DNA of 64,000 nt, taken from assembly GCA_963718665.1 (NCBI GenBank), contig OY970359.1:992001-1056000 (forward strand), given 5' to 3'. Position numbers and translations under genes: made by a program. Positions 56,026 through 64,000 of the stretch are shown here, piece by piece (the first letter of the stretch is position 1; each line of letters opens with the position of its first letter). This stretch comes from an uncultured Phycisphaerales bacterium (GTDB taxonomy: Bacteria; Planctomycetota; Phycisphaerae; Sedimentisphaerales; Anaerobacaceae). The notes under the pieces were generated by a model that had not been told where the DNA came from, searched no databases, and saw only the letters and a list, made by a program, of their open reading frames with translations.

Positions 56026-58569
56026 TTACTCACTCCACTTGACCATTTCGGGGTGCAAATCCTGCACCGTCGGGTCGGCGGGCCTTATGCGGGCGCTTAT
56101 ATTCTGCAATCCATATCCCTCGATTTGGGCAGAACATTCGTAATAAGCAATGTTGCCCTGCCTGGATTTAAACGACATCGGAATAATTTTGTAATTCTGC
56201 CTGTCGCCTGGCATATGGAACAGCTCGACGGTAAATAATTCGGTCGGCGCATGCCCCAAATCCACAACGCATTTCGCTTCGAGAGTGTCCCCTTCGCAGA
56301 CGCACTCTTTTTTATCCAGGTTGGTGGTAAGCTCTTTAACCACTATGTAATTCCAGCCTTTGAAAATCTCCTGTTCCCGGCCGATTGCCTCCCGGAGACG
56401 CTGACGGTTATTCTCGCGGAGCAGTTCGTGCTCTTTTGTCGCGGTGGCGTAAAACTTCCTGGAATAATCAACCAGCACCCTGTTCATATTGAAATTGCCG
56501 CAAACCGAGATGATGGATTCTTTCATCATACCCACCCATCGTTTTGGAATACCCGCTTCATTGCGCTCGTAAAACAGCTCCGCCACTTCTTCTTCGAGCA
56601 GGTCGTAAATCTGGTTTGCCTCGGCGGTTTCCTGCAGCTCGGTATGAACGTAGAATTTGCCCGCGGTTATCTGCCAGCCGTTTTTGCCGTTGTAACCTTC
56701 CGCCCACCAGCCGTCGGGGACGCTGAGGTTCAGGATGCCGTTCATCGCCGCCTTCATCCCTGATGTGCCGCTGGCCTCGTTTTCCATTACCGGGGTATTG
56801 AGCCATACGTCGGCTCCCCAGGCAAGATGCCTCGCCACGTCTATATCGTAATTCTCAAGGAAAATCACCCTGTCTTCGAGCTTGCGGTCTCGCGCGAAAT
56901 CCAGGATTTCCTTAATCATATATTTGCCCGCGGCATCGGCTGGATGCGCCTTGCCTGCGAATATAAGCTGAACGGGCCTTTTGGGATTCGTGAGTATTTT
57001 CACTAATCGTTCCTTGTCCTTAAGTAGAAGCGTCGCGCGTTTGTAAGGAGCAAAACGTCTGGCGAAGACAACCGTCAGATACTCCGGGTTAAAGAGGCGC
57101 GTGATATTGGTAATCTTTGGCTGCGAATAACCCCTGGCGATAAGGTCCCCTGCAAGTTTTCTGCGAATGAATTCTATCAGGTTGAGCTTGTTTTTATGAT
57201 GGGCTTCCCAAATCTCCTCATCCGGCGTATCAGCGAGTTTTTGCCATATACGTCCTTTATCGCGGCAATGTATGAAACCGGGGCCGATATGGTGATTGAA
57301 GAGATTCGTAAACGGTTCGCTAATCCACGACCAGTGAACGCCGTTGGTTACGTAATCTATCGGGATTTCTATCTGCTGCATCCCGGGGAACAGCCCCGCC
57401 CACATTTTGCGGGAAACGTCCCCGTGTATCTTCGAGACGCCATTGACGTACCTGGAAAATCTTATCGCCAGCGCAGGCAGCCAGAAGGTGTCCTTGTTAT
57501 TTTCGATAAATGCGTACGCGCTGAATTCGTCGAATGAAAGACCAATCTGTCTTATTTCCGGCTCGAGATATTTTTTTGCCATCTTGGTGTCGAAGTGCTC
57601 GTTGCCGGCTATTACGGGCGTGTGCGTTGTAAAAACGGTAGAAGTTCTAATCAGCGCCCTGGCCTCGGAAAATGATATTTTCTCTTCGGCCATCAGCTTC
57701 TGCAGCCGGGCGATTATCAGAAAAGCGGAATGCCCCTCGTTTATATGATAGATATTCGGCTTGATGTTCAATAACGCAAGTGCTTTTATCCCGCCAAGCC
57801 CAAGCACCACTTCCTGCTGGATTCGTTTATCTTTGTCCGCGACATACAACTCGTTTGTGATGTCCCTGAGGTATTGCGGGTTACTCTCGACGTTGGTATC
57901 GAGCAGAATCAGCTTCGTCCGCCCGACATCAATCTGCCAGAGTTTAATTTCACAATTTTCGCCGAGTATCTTTGTTTCAACAAACGCGGGCCTGCCGTCA
58001 GCGAGACGTATCTCCTTTATCGGCAGGTAATGATTTTCAAGCTCGATGAACAGCTCTTCCTGCCGCCCCTCAAGATTAATGCGTTGAGTGAAATAGCCGA
58101 ACCTGTAAATGAGTCCCACGCCTATAACCTGCATCCCCAAATCCGAGGCGGTCTTAAGGTAGTCCCCGGCCAGAATACCCAGTCCGCCGCTGTATATCGG
58201 CATAGATTCGTGAAGACCGAATTCCATTGAGAAGTAGGCGATAACGTTGTTCTTGCTAATGCCGCAGTCGTCGCCGCCGTTTTGCGGTGTCCCGCTGTAC
58301 TTCATATATTCGTCGAATTTCTGCCAGACTCTGTCAAGTTCGAGCAGAAAAACCCTGTCGCCGGCAAGCTCATTCATTTTTGCTTCAGGGAGGTCCAGAA
58401 GAAATTTTACCGGGTTATGATTGACCGACCTGAACAGGTGGGTATCAATACGGTAAAAAAGATTTACCGCGTCATAGTCCCAGAGACACCACAAATTGTG
58501 AGCAAGTTCATACAGCTTGCCTAAGTTCTCCGGGTAACGCGGATACACGAAAATATTCTTAAAAGCCAT
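56026..58569 (-). CDS. glgP: Alpha-glucan phosphorylase
   Basis: AYFSMEFG, YSGGLG.LAGD, HINEGH, FARRFA.YKR, AGKAHP, EASGTSGMK PLP site. Confidence 0.96.
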   Translation of the reverse strand: MAFKNIFVYPRYPENLGKLYELAHNLWCLWDYDAVNLFYRIDTHLFRSVNHNPVKFLLDLPEAKMNELAGDRVFLLELDRVWQKFDEYMKYSGTPQNGGDDCGISKNNVIAYFSMEFGLHESMPIYSGGLGILAGDYLKTASDLGMQVIGVGLIYRFGYFTQRINLEGRQEELFIELENHYLPIKEIRLADGRPAFVETKILGENCEIKLWQIDVGRTKLILLDTNVESNPQYLRDITNELYVADKDKRIQQEVVLGLGGIKALALLNIKPNIYHINEGHSAFLIIARLQKLMAEEKISFSEARALIRTSTVFTTHTPVIAGNEHFDTKMAKKYLEPEIRQIGLSFDEFSAYAFIENNKDTFWLPALAIRFSRYVNGVSKIHGDVSRKMWAGLFPGMQQIEIPIDYVTNGVHWSWISEPFTNLFNHHIGPGFIHCRDKGRIWQKLADTPDEEIWEAHHKNKLNLIEFIRRKLAGDLIARGYSQPKITNITRLFNPEYLTVVFARRFAPYKRATLLLKDKERLVKILTNPKRPVQLIFAGKAHPADAAGKYMIKEILDFARDRKLEDRVIFLENYDIDVARHLAWGADVWLNTPVMENEASGTSGMKAAMNGILNLSVPDGWWAEGYNGKNGWQITAGKFYVHTELQETAEANQIYDLLEEEVAELFYERNEAGIPKRWVGMMKESIISVCGNFNMNRVLVDYSRKFYATATKEHELLRENNRQRLREAIGREQEIFKGWNYIVVKELTTNLDKKECVCEGDTLEAKCVVDLGHAPTELFTVELFHMPGDRQNYKIIPMSFKSRQGNIAYYECSAQIEGYGLQNISARIRPADPTVQDLHPEMVKWSE

Positions 58570-58750
58570 ATATTCGACTCCTTAGTTTCGCTTCACTGCC
58601 AAACACCCATATACTTATAGTGTTATACGCTGCCGGGTCAAATATAGTTTTGACGATAAATTCAGCGACACGAAAGTAACTCAATAAGCCGCAACCCGGA
58701 CAAAGCAACGCCTGGGGCGGATTAGTGACCTTTATAACCCAACAAGGGTA

Positions 58751-59059
58751 CTACTCTTTCCTGCGACGATACAGCAGGCCGCCCAGTCCCAGCAATGCAA
58801 GAGTCGTCATATCAGGAAGCTGGTGAATAATATCCGCCCCCGCAGAGGCAGTAGCCGGCCCCGGCCTGCCCGCATCGCTTATTTCAAGATATACGATACA
58901 AACCGAGCCGTCGTCGGACTGTATGCTGACCGCAATATCCGGGGACGTCATAACGGGGACATTATCGGCAGCAGAACTGTTGTTAAACGAAAGCCCCGCC
59001 TCGTTCGCGGCGAGGACGGTCAATCCGAGAACCATTATAAGCATCATTAACTTTTTCAT
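58751..59059 (-). CDS. Small secreted protein with a divergent PEP-CTERM-like tail
   Basis: Signal peptide; C-terminal LPDMTTLALLGLGGLLYRRRKE; RBS AAGGAG. Confidence 0.75.
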   Translation of the reverse strand: MKKLMMLIMVLGLTVLAANEAGLSFNNSSAADNVPVMTSPDIAVSIQSDDGSVCIVYLEISDAGRPGPATASAGADIIHQLPDMTTLALLGLGGLLYRRRKE

Positions 59060-59502
59060 TTTTTCTCTCCTTAATACTTTTACTTTTAAACTTTCCTGAT
59101 GCTTGTATTTTCGTCATTGCCGGACAAAAAAGCATATAGGCAATATGCCTAATTTGTGTCTCACAAATGCCTATGGGGTAAGTATGAATAAAGGCAGTTG
59201 CAGGTTTGATTTAACGGACGGAAGGGATAAAAATTCTATCGGCGAAGGAAAACACCGGCGCAAAGCCGGCTCTTCCATAACCTGGCGTTAAAACTAATTT
59301 CGACGCCGTCGTGCTCTTCGACCGGCAGTGAACAAGTTCTTTCGAAATGACCCCGTGATGTCATTTTTGCCGTAATATCTCAGATATATTTGGTCTCTCG
59401 CCCTTTTTGAAAGCAGGTTAGCCCGATATAAAAAGTTATTTACAAACAGCAGCTTTTTTCGTATAATACGATGATTGGCTTTTTTACCGCTGCAAAAGGC
59501 AA

Positions 59503-62169
59503 TTGGCGCGAGGACGGGTGTTAATGCACTGGGTAATCGGAGAATCCTGTTGGAACAGCCGGAGCGTGTTTCGCCTGTTGGCGGCTCTGTCGTTATCTTC
59601 CCTTTTGTGGTGGTCCGGCATAACTTCGGCAGCCCCGATGACCGCCGGGAACGCCAAAAAACTGGCGCAGGCCTGGGTGGCCGCAAATCCGAAACCTATG
59701 GGCGCTCAATTAGGCAGGGAGATTGAAAGCGTTGAAACGTTTACGGATGCCAACAGCCAGCCCATTTACTACGTTGTTTATCTCAGGCCCAACGGCTTTG
59801 TAATCGTCCCGGCGGATGATGAGGTTGAGCCGGTTATTTGTTTTGCCCGGGCGGGCTGTTTCGACCCTTCTCCGGATAATCCCCTCGGCGCCCTTGTAAG
59901 CAGGGATTTGCCAGGCAGAGTAAATGCCGCAAGGACCATACAGAAAATGGTGCGTTCGGGCAAGGCCATCCAGAGTTTCACACAGCAGGAGATGGACATA
60001 AGACATTCGGGCGAGAAGGCCTTCGGCAAATGGTCAAAACTGCTCAACACCGCGGATTCCTGCTCAGTGCTGGCGATGTCTTCCGGCAGTATATCGGATG
60101 TCAGGGTTTCGCCCCTTTTACAAAGCGAATGGAGCCAGACAACCACTTGCTCATCAAACGCCTGCTACAATTATTACACCCCGCCCAATAGCAGCGGCAA
60201 TGTAAATAATTATCCCTGCGGCTGCGTTGCCACAGCGATGGCCCAATATATGCGGTTCTGGCAATACCCGACGACGAGTGTCGGGACAGGACGTTTTACA
60301 ATAAAGGTTGATAGCAGCTACGAATACGCGAATCTGCGGGGGGGCAACGGCTCCGGCGGTCCTTATGACTGGAACGATATGACGCTTGTCCCGGGTTGCA
60401 GCACGACGCTGACACAAATACAGGCCATCGGCGCACTGACATACGACGCGGGTGTGGCGGTGAAAATGCAATACGCGTCAGGCGGTTCAGGTGCGTATAT
60501 GAGCGATGCTGATACGGCGATGACAAGCACGTTTCATTACAGCAACTCGATATATGGCTATAACAACAACAATACCGTCAGCACCGCCGCGTTAAGCACT
60601 ATGCTTAATCCGAATCTTGACTGGGGTAACCCGGTAATACTTGGTATTGAAAATACTTCCAACAACAGCGGGCACGCCGTTGTGGCCGACGGATATGGGT
60701 ACGACAGCTCTACGCTGTATCATCATCTTAACCTTGGATGGGCAGGATCTTACGACGCGTGGTATAATTTGCCGAACATCGATGATTCCTATGATCCATT
60801 CAACGTTGTGGATAGCACAATATATAATATCTATATGAGCGGCTCAGGCGAGATTATCAGCGGGCGGGTAACTATAACGGGTTCGGGAACGCCGGGGACG
60901 CCAATTTCAGGGGCGACAGTAACCGCAACCAGGTCGGGTGGCACAACGTATTCGGCTGCTACAAACAGCAACGGTATTTATGCCATCGCCAAAATCCCGT
61001 CAAACTCAAGCTATACGGTATCCGTCGCGAAAACCGGCTATTCTTTCACAAGCAGACCGGCCTCTACGGGCAAGTCGAAGGATAGTTCGGCGACTTCGGG
61101 TAACTGCTGGGGGATAGATTTCAACGGAACTCAGCTTCAGACCGCCCCGGCAGCGACGGATTCGAATGTGTCCGTCTCGGCAGGAACAAGCCAGGTCATT
61201 ACTCTTCAGGCCACTGACGACGGCCTGCCCAATCCGCCAGGGGCGCTGACGTACATAATAACCTCGCTGCCTAAATACGGGACGCTCTCAGACCCCTGCG
61301 CCGGTCAAATCAACACTGTGCCGTATTCGCTTGTCAATTACGGTAATGATGTCAATTATACCTCGCGTATCTGCTATACAGGCGACGTCAATTTCCATTT
61401 CAAGGCAAACGACGGCGGCACTCCCCCGAATGGCGGCGATTCTAACATCGCAACAGTTAGTATTAACGTTCAGCAGCCCGCTCCCTCGATTATTTACGAA
61501 ACGTATTTTGATACGGGGTTGCCGACCGGCTGGACAATTGTACACGACGGCTCAGGCAGCCCAACGGATACCTGGCGGTCGGATAACCCGGCAGGTCGAA
61601 CAAGTCCTTACTGGACCGGCACATTTATGATTGTTGACAGCAACTACGCCGGCCCGGTCGATATGAATGAGCAGTTGATAACTCAAAATATCGATTGCAC
61701 AAATTTGACTGGCGTTACGCTAAGATTCGAACATGACTTTGAGTATTACGCCGTCGAGATTGGCGACGTCGATATCCAGGTTAACGGCGGCGCCTGGCAA
61801 AATATGGCCAGATACCAGGGGGCCGATTATGCCGGCCTGGTCGAGCTTGACCTGTCTGGTTTTGGAGCCGACGGCGCAGCCAGCGTGCAGATTCGCTGGC
61901 ATTATTACAACGCCAACTGTGACCTTTACTGGGGTGTTGATAACGTCCAGATAATCGCCACTCCTGTTGCAGCGGCACCACCTGGCGACTTCAATTTCGA
62001 TTGCGAAGTTGACTATGACGACCTTGCCATTTTTGCCGACGCCTGGCTAAGCAGCACAGGTCAGGCGAACTGGAACGCCAACTGCGACATCAGCCCGTCG
62101 GCTGACGGCATCATCAATGAGCTTGATTTTGCGGTCTTTGCGCAAAACTGGCTGGTCAATGTCAATTAG
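59503..62169 (+). CDS. Secreted C10 (streptopain/SpeB-like) cysteine peptidase with pro-domain, Ig-like/beta-sandwich domains and a C-terminal dockerin-like module (start uncertain)
   Basis: GFVIV.ADD pro-domain; W.Q; GCVATAMAQ catalytic Cys; GHAVVADGY; HLNLGW.G; C-terminal GDFNFDCEVD..DL / CDI...DG.IN..DF. Confidence 0.9.
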   Translation: MARGRVLMHWVIGESCWNSRSVFRLLAALSLSSLLWWSGITSAAPMTAGNAKKLAQAWVAANPKPMGAQLGREIESVETFTDANSQPIYYVVYLRPNGFVIVPADDEVEPVICFARAGCFDPSPDNPLGALVSRDLPGRVNAARTIQKMVRSGKAIQSFTQQEMDIRHSGEKAFGKWSKLLNTADSCSVLAMSSGSISDVRVSPLLQSEWSQTTTCSSNACYNYYTPPNSSGNVNNYPCGCVATAMAQYMRFWQYPTTSVGTGRFTIKVDSSYEYANLRGGNGSGGPYDWNDMTLVPGCSTTLTQIQAIGALTYDAGVAVKMQYASGGSGAYMSDADTAMTSTFHYSNSIYGYNNNNTVSTAALSTMLNPNLDWGNPVILGIENTSNNSGHAVVADGYGYDSSTLYHHLNLGWAGSYDAWYNLPNIDDSYDPFNVVDSTIYNIYMSGSGEIISGRVTITGSGTPGTPISGATVTATRSGGTTYSAATNSNGIYAIAKIPSNSSYTVSVAKTGYSFTSRPASTGKSKDSSATSGNCWGIDFNGTQLQTAPAATDSNVSVSAGTSQVITLQATDDGLPNPPGALTYIITSLPKYGTLSDPCAGQINTVPYSLVNYGNDVNYTSRICYTGDVNFHFKANDGGTPPNGGDSNIATVSINVQQPAPSIIYETYFDTGLPTGWTIVHDGSGSPTDTWRSDNPAGRTSPYWTGTFMIVDSNYAGPVDMNEQLITQNIDCTNLTGVTLRFEHDFEYYAVEIGDVDIQVNGGAWQNMARYQGADYAGLVELDLSGFGADGAASVQIRWHYYNANCDLYWGVDNVQIIATPVAAAPPGDFNFDCEVDYDDLAIFADAWLSSTGQANWNANCDISPSADGIINELDFAVFAQNWLVNVN

Positions 62170-62268
62170 CACAAGGTAATAATTGCCTGCTTAAAAGAAG
62201 TGGTCTTGCCTTTTTGTCCTGTGAAAAATATCTTGAGTCCGGCGCCTGGCTGTCTTTGGTTTTGTGTC

Positions 62269-62961
62269 TTATTCGGCCATCAGGTCCGCAGTAACTATAC
62301 CGGTCTGGCTGTCGTGCATAAGGTCATCGGTGAAAGTGCCTACAGTTCGCAAATGTGACGTGCCCGCGAATTTCCGTGTTTCGATAAGCCGGGCGCCTTT
62401 GGCCGCTATCTTGCGAAGGGCGTGCTTTGCCTTTTGTTTGTCCTGTGCCCCTACCGCATCGACAATAACCGTTACTCGTTTGCTTCTCTGCAAAAGCCCA
62501 AGCGCGGTCGCCTCAACCGCTCCTTCCGCGCAGGCGCCTATCAGCACAAATTCATTTGCCCGGATTTCGCTAAGCAGCCGGTCTATCCTCGGCTCATCAA
62601 ACGGGTCTAAGCATCTTTTATGAAGAACAATCTGTCGATATTCCCGCAGCAAATCCACCGGCAAATCCGTATTATTGTCCGCCGCGAAACTCGCCCTGTT
62701 GTTCAAAAGCGTATAGTTGATTTTATGCATTCCTTCCGTGCCATCCACACAGAATCCGCCGTTGTTTTCGGGATGAACTTCGCAAATCGATACTACAGGT
62801 ATTTTCTTTGCGCGGGCATACGCCATTACCCGTCTGATGTGGCTTAATACTCTCCTGCGATTGCCCACCCTTGCAATGCCGTTATCGAGGAAAAAATCCT
62901 TCTGAGTGTTGATGTCTATCAGGACCTGCTTACGACGAGTTTTTATCAATTGCCTTATCAT
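62269..62961 (-). CDS. Isochorismatase/nicotinamidase-family protein
   Basis: LIDINTQKDF, H.......C..GT.G, K, IGAC.E..V..TA..L, VIVDAV; ATG at 62961. Confidence 0.82.
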   Translation of the reverse strand: MIRQLIKTRRKQVLIDINTQKDFFLDNGIARVGNRRRVLSHIRRVMAYARAKKIPVVSICEVHPENNGGFCVDGTEGMHKINYTLLNNRASFAADNNTDLPVDLLREYRQIVLHKRCLDPFDEPRIDRLLSEIRANEFVLIGACAEGAVEATALGLLQRSKRVTVIVDAVGAQDKQKAKHALRKIAAKGARLIETRKFAGTSHLRTVGTFTDDLMHDSQTGIVTADLMAE

Positions 62962-63259
62962 TTTCGCGACCCTCTCGTTGTCGCTTCTATCCGGCTTATC
63001 CCTGCGCCTTTGGCCCTTATTAATCCATACGTCCCAACGCCGTCCGTGTTGCAAAAAAAATCTCCAAAAATTTCTTCCTCTCTCACAACCCAGCCATCCT
63101 GAATATCGTTTACCTTCGACACCGACTTTAAACCCTTATTTCGTCGTTTTTAACCCTGCCAGGCACTAAAGTTTGGCAAAACCGCGTCCGTCTCTTATAA
63201 TAGTCTGCCAATTGCCCAAAATGTTACAAAAGTTGGCCTTATACTGGTTGGTTTTCAAA

Positions 63260-63883
63260 ATGTCAAGAAAATTAAATAATTATCCGCAATTCGTCCTGGA
63301 GCACCCAAATCCGCCTGTCAAGCTTAATTTTGGCGATATTTTCGGACGTTTTGCCCCCGTCCACATCGAGATTGGCTCAGGCAAGGGGACATTTTTGGTA
63401 AACCAGGCAAAATCCCAGCCCGACGCCAACTTTATCGGGATTGAATGGACAGGCAAATTTTACCGTTTTGCCGTTGACCGGATTGGCCGGTGGAATCTGG
63501 CCAACGTCCGGATAATTCGCACCGATGCCGTCCCCTATATCGCCGAATGCGTCCCCGATTCCTCCATCGATTGCTTTCACATTTATTACCCCGACCCCTG
63601 GCCCAAAAAACGCCACAACAAAAGGCGTTTCATCAACTCCGCCAACACCGACCAGCTTATCCGCTGCCTCAAACCAGGGGGTGCCATCCGCGTCGCCACC
63701 GACTTCGCAGAATACTTCGAGCAGATAAAATCGGTGTTTGCCTCCAAATCCGACCAGCTTGAACAAATCGATTTTCTCCCCAACGCCGGCGCTCAAATCG
63801 GCGAATGGGTCGGCTCAAACTTCGAACGCAAATACCTAATGGAAAAAAGACCTGTTTACACAATAGCCCTCAGAAAAAAATAA
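63260..63883 (+). CDS. trmB: tRNA (guanine-N7)-methyltransferase
   Basis: EIGSGKG, FIGIE, YPDPWPKKRH.KRR, ATD, FERKY. Confidence 0.96.
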   Translation: MSRKLNNYPQFVLEHPNPPVKLNFGDIFGRFAPVHIEIGSGKGTFLVNQAKSQPDANFIGIEWTGKFYRFAVDRIGRWNLANVRIIRTDAVPYIAECVPDSSIDCFHIYYPDPWPKKRHNKRRFINSANTDQLIRCLKPGGAIRVATDFAEYFEQIKSVFASKSDQLEQIDFLPNAGAQIGEWVGSNFERKYLMEKRPVYTIALRKK

Positions 63884-63955
63884 CCTGGCGGGCTTATTAA
63901 ACTTTGTGCGACTTAGCGGGACATTTCGTAATTATTATTCCAGCTCTCTCCTATT

Positions 63956-64000
63956 GTCATTCCCGCGAAAGCGGGAATCTATTTTTCATCTGGATTCCGG
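63956..64000. repeat. REP-like palindrome (ATTCCC-N8-GGGAAT type), cut by the window edge
   Basis: GTCATTCCCGCGAAAGCGGGAATCT followed by TGGATTCCGG. Confidence 0.7.

Noticed and set aside
59221..59290. Possible c-di-GMP-I riboswitch (GCGCAAAGC hairpin) upstream of the peptidase
   Set aside because: It lacks the GGCAAA/GAAA P2 architecture; only a short hairpin is supported. An Rfam scan would settle it.

Overview
A roughly 50% GC bacterial window, most likely from a Planctomycetota (Phycisphaerae/Sedimentisphaerales-like) genome. That assignment is an inference from the PEP-CTERM proteins, DUF1573, a PCGC-type phosphoesterase/multiheme fusion, Ala(-1) prepilins and D/E-x-N-rich secreted proteins. 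Gene order: the end of a probable R-M locus (m6A methyltransferase); dnaG (frameshifted as assembled), rpoD and csp; an AT-rich four-gene island (6140-12050); DUF1573 and a tetraheme cytochrome fusion; a type II secretion cluster (gspD-E-F-G-H-I-J-K-L-M); two paralogous PEP-CTERM genes; an FG-GAP protein; trxB, trxA, scpA, trpS; a ~21 kb alpha-glucan region (CBM48, GH57, GT4, DUF3536-GH57, malQ, glgP) interleaved with a multi-component signalling cascade and csrA; a C10 peptidase; an isochorismatase-like protein; and trmB. The best candidate for a new system is the island. It encodes a DruA/DUF4338-like protein, a Ser/Thr kinase fused to a P-loop NTPase, a tandem Rossmann/CARF-like protein and a C-terminally membrane-anchored unknown, with no Druantia helicase. 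The second-best is a 308-bp GIY-YIG mini-element with 17-bp inverted ends and a 9-bp direct repeat, inserted at a response-regulator start codon. Also notable: an 18-bp motif upstream of four minus-strand units, a shared TAAC-N17-GTTA palindrome upstream of both PEP-CTERM paralogs, and inverted heptamer arrays that encode pseudopilin leader peptides. I saw no rRNA, tRNA or CRISPR array. All family calls come from motif recognition by eye; no searches were run.
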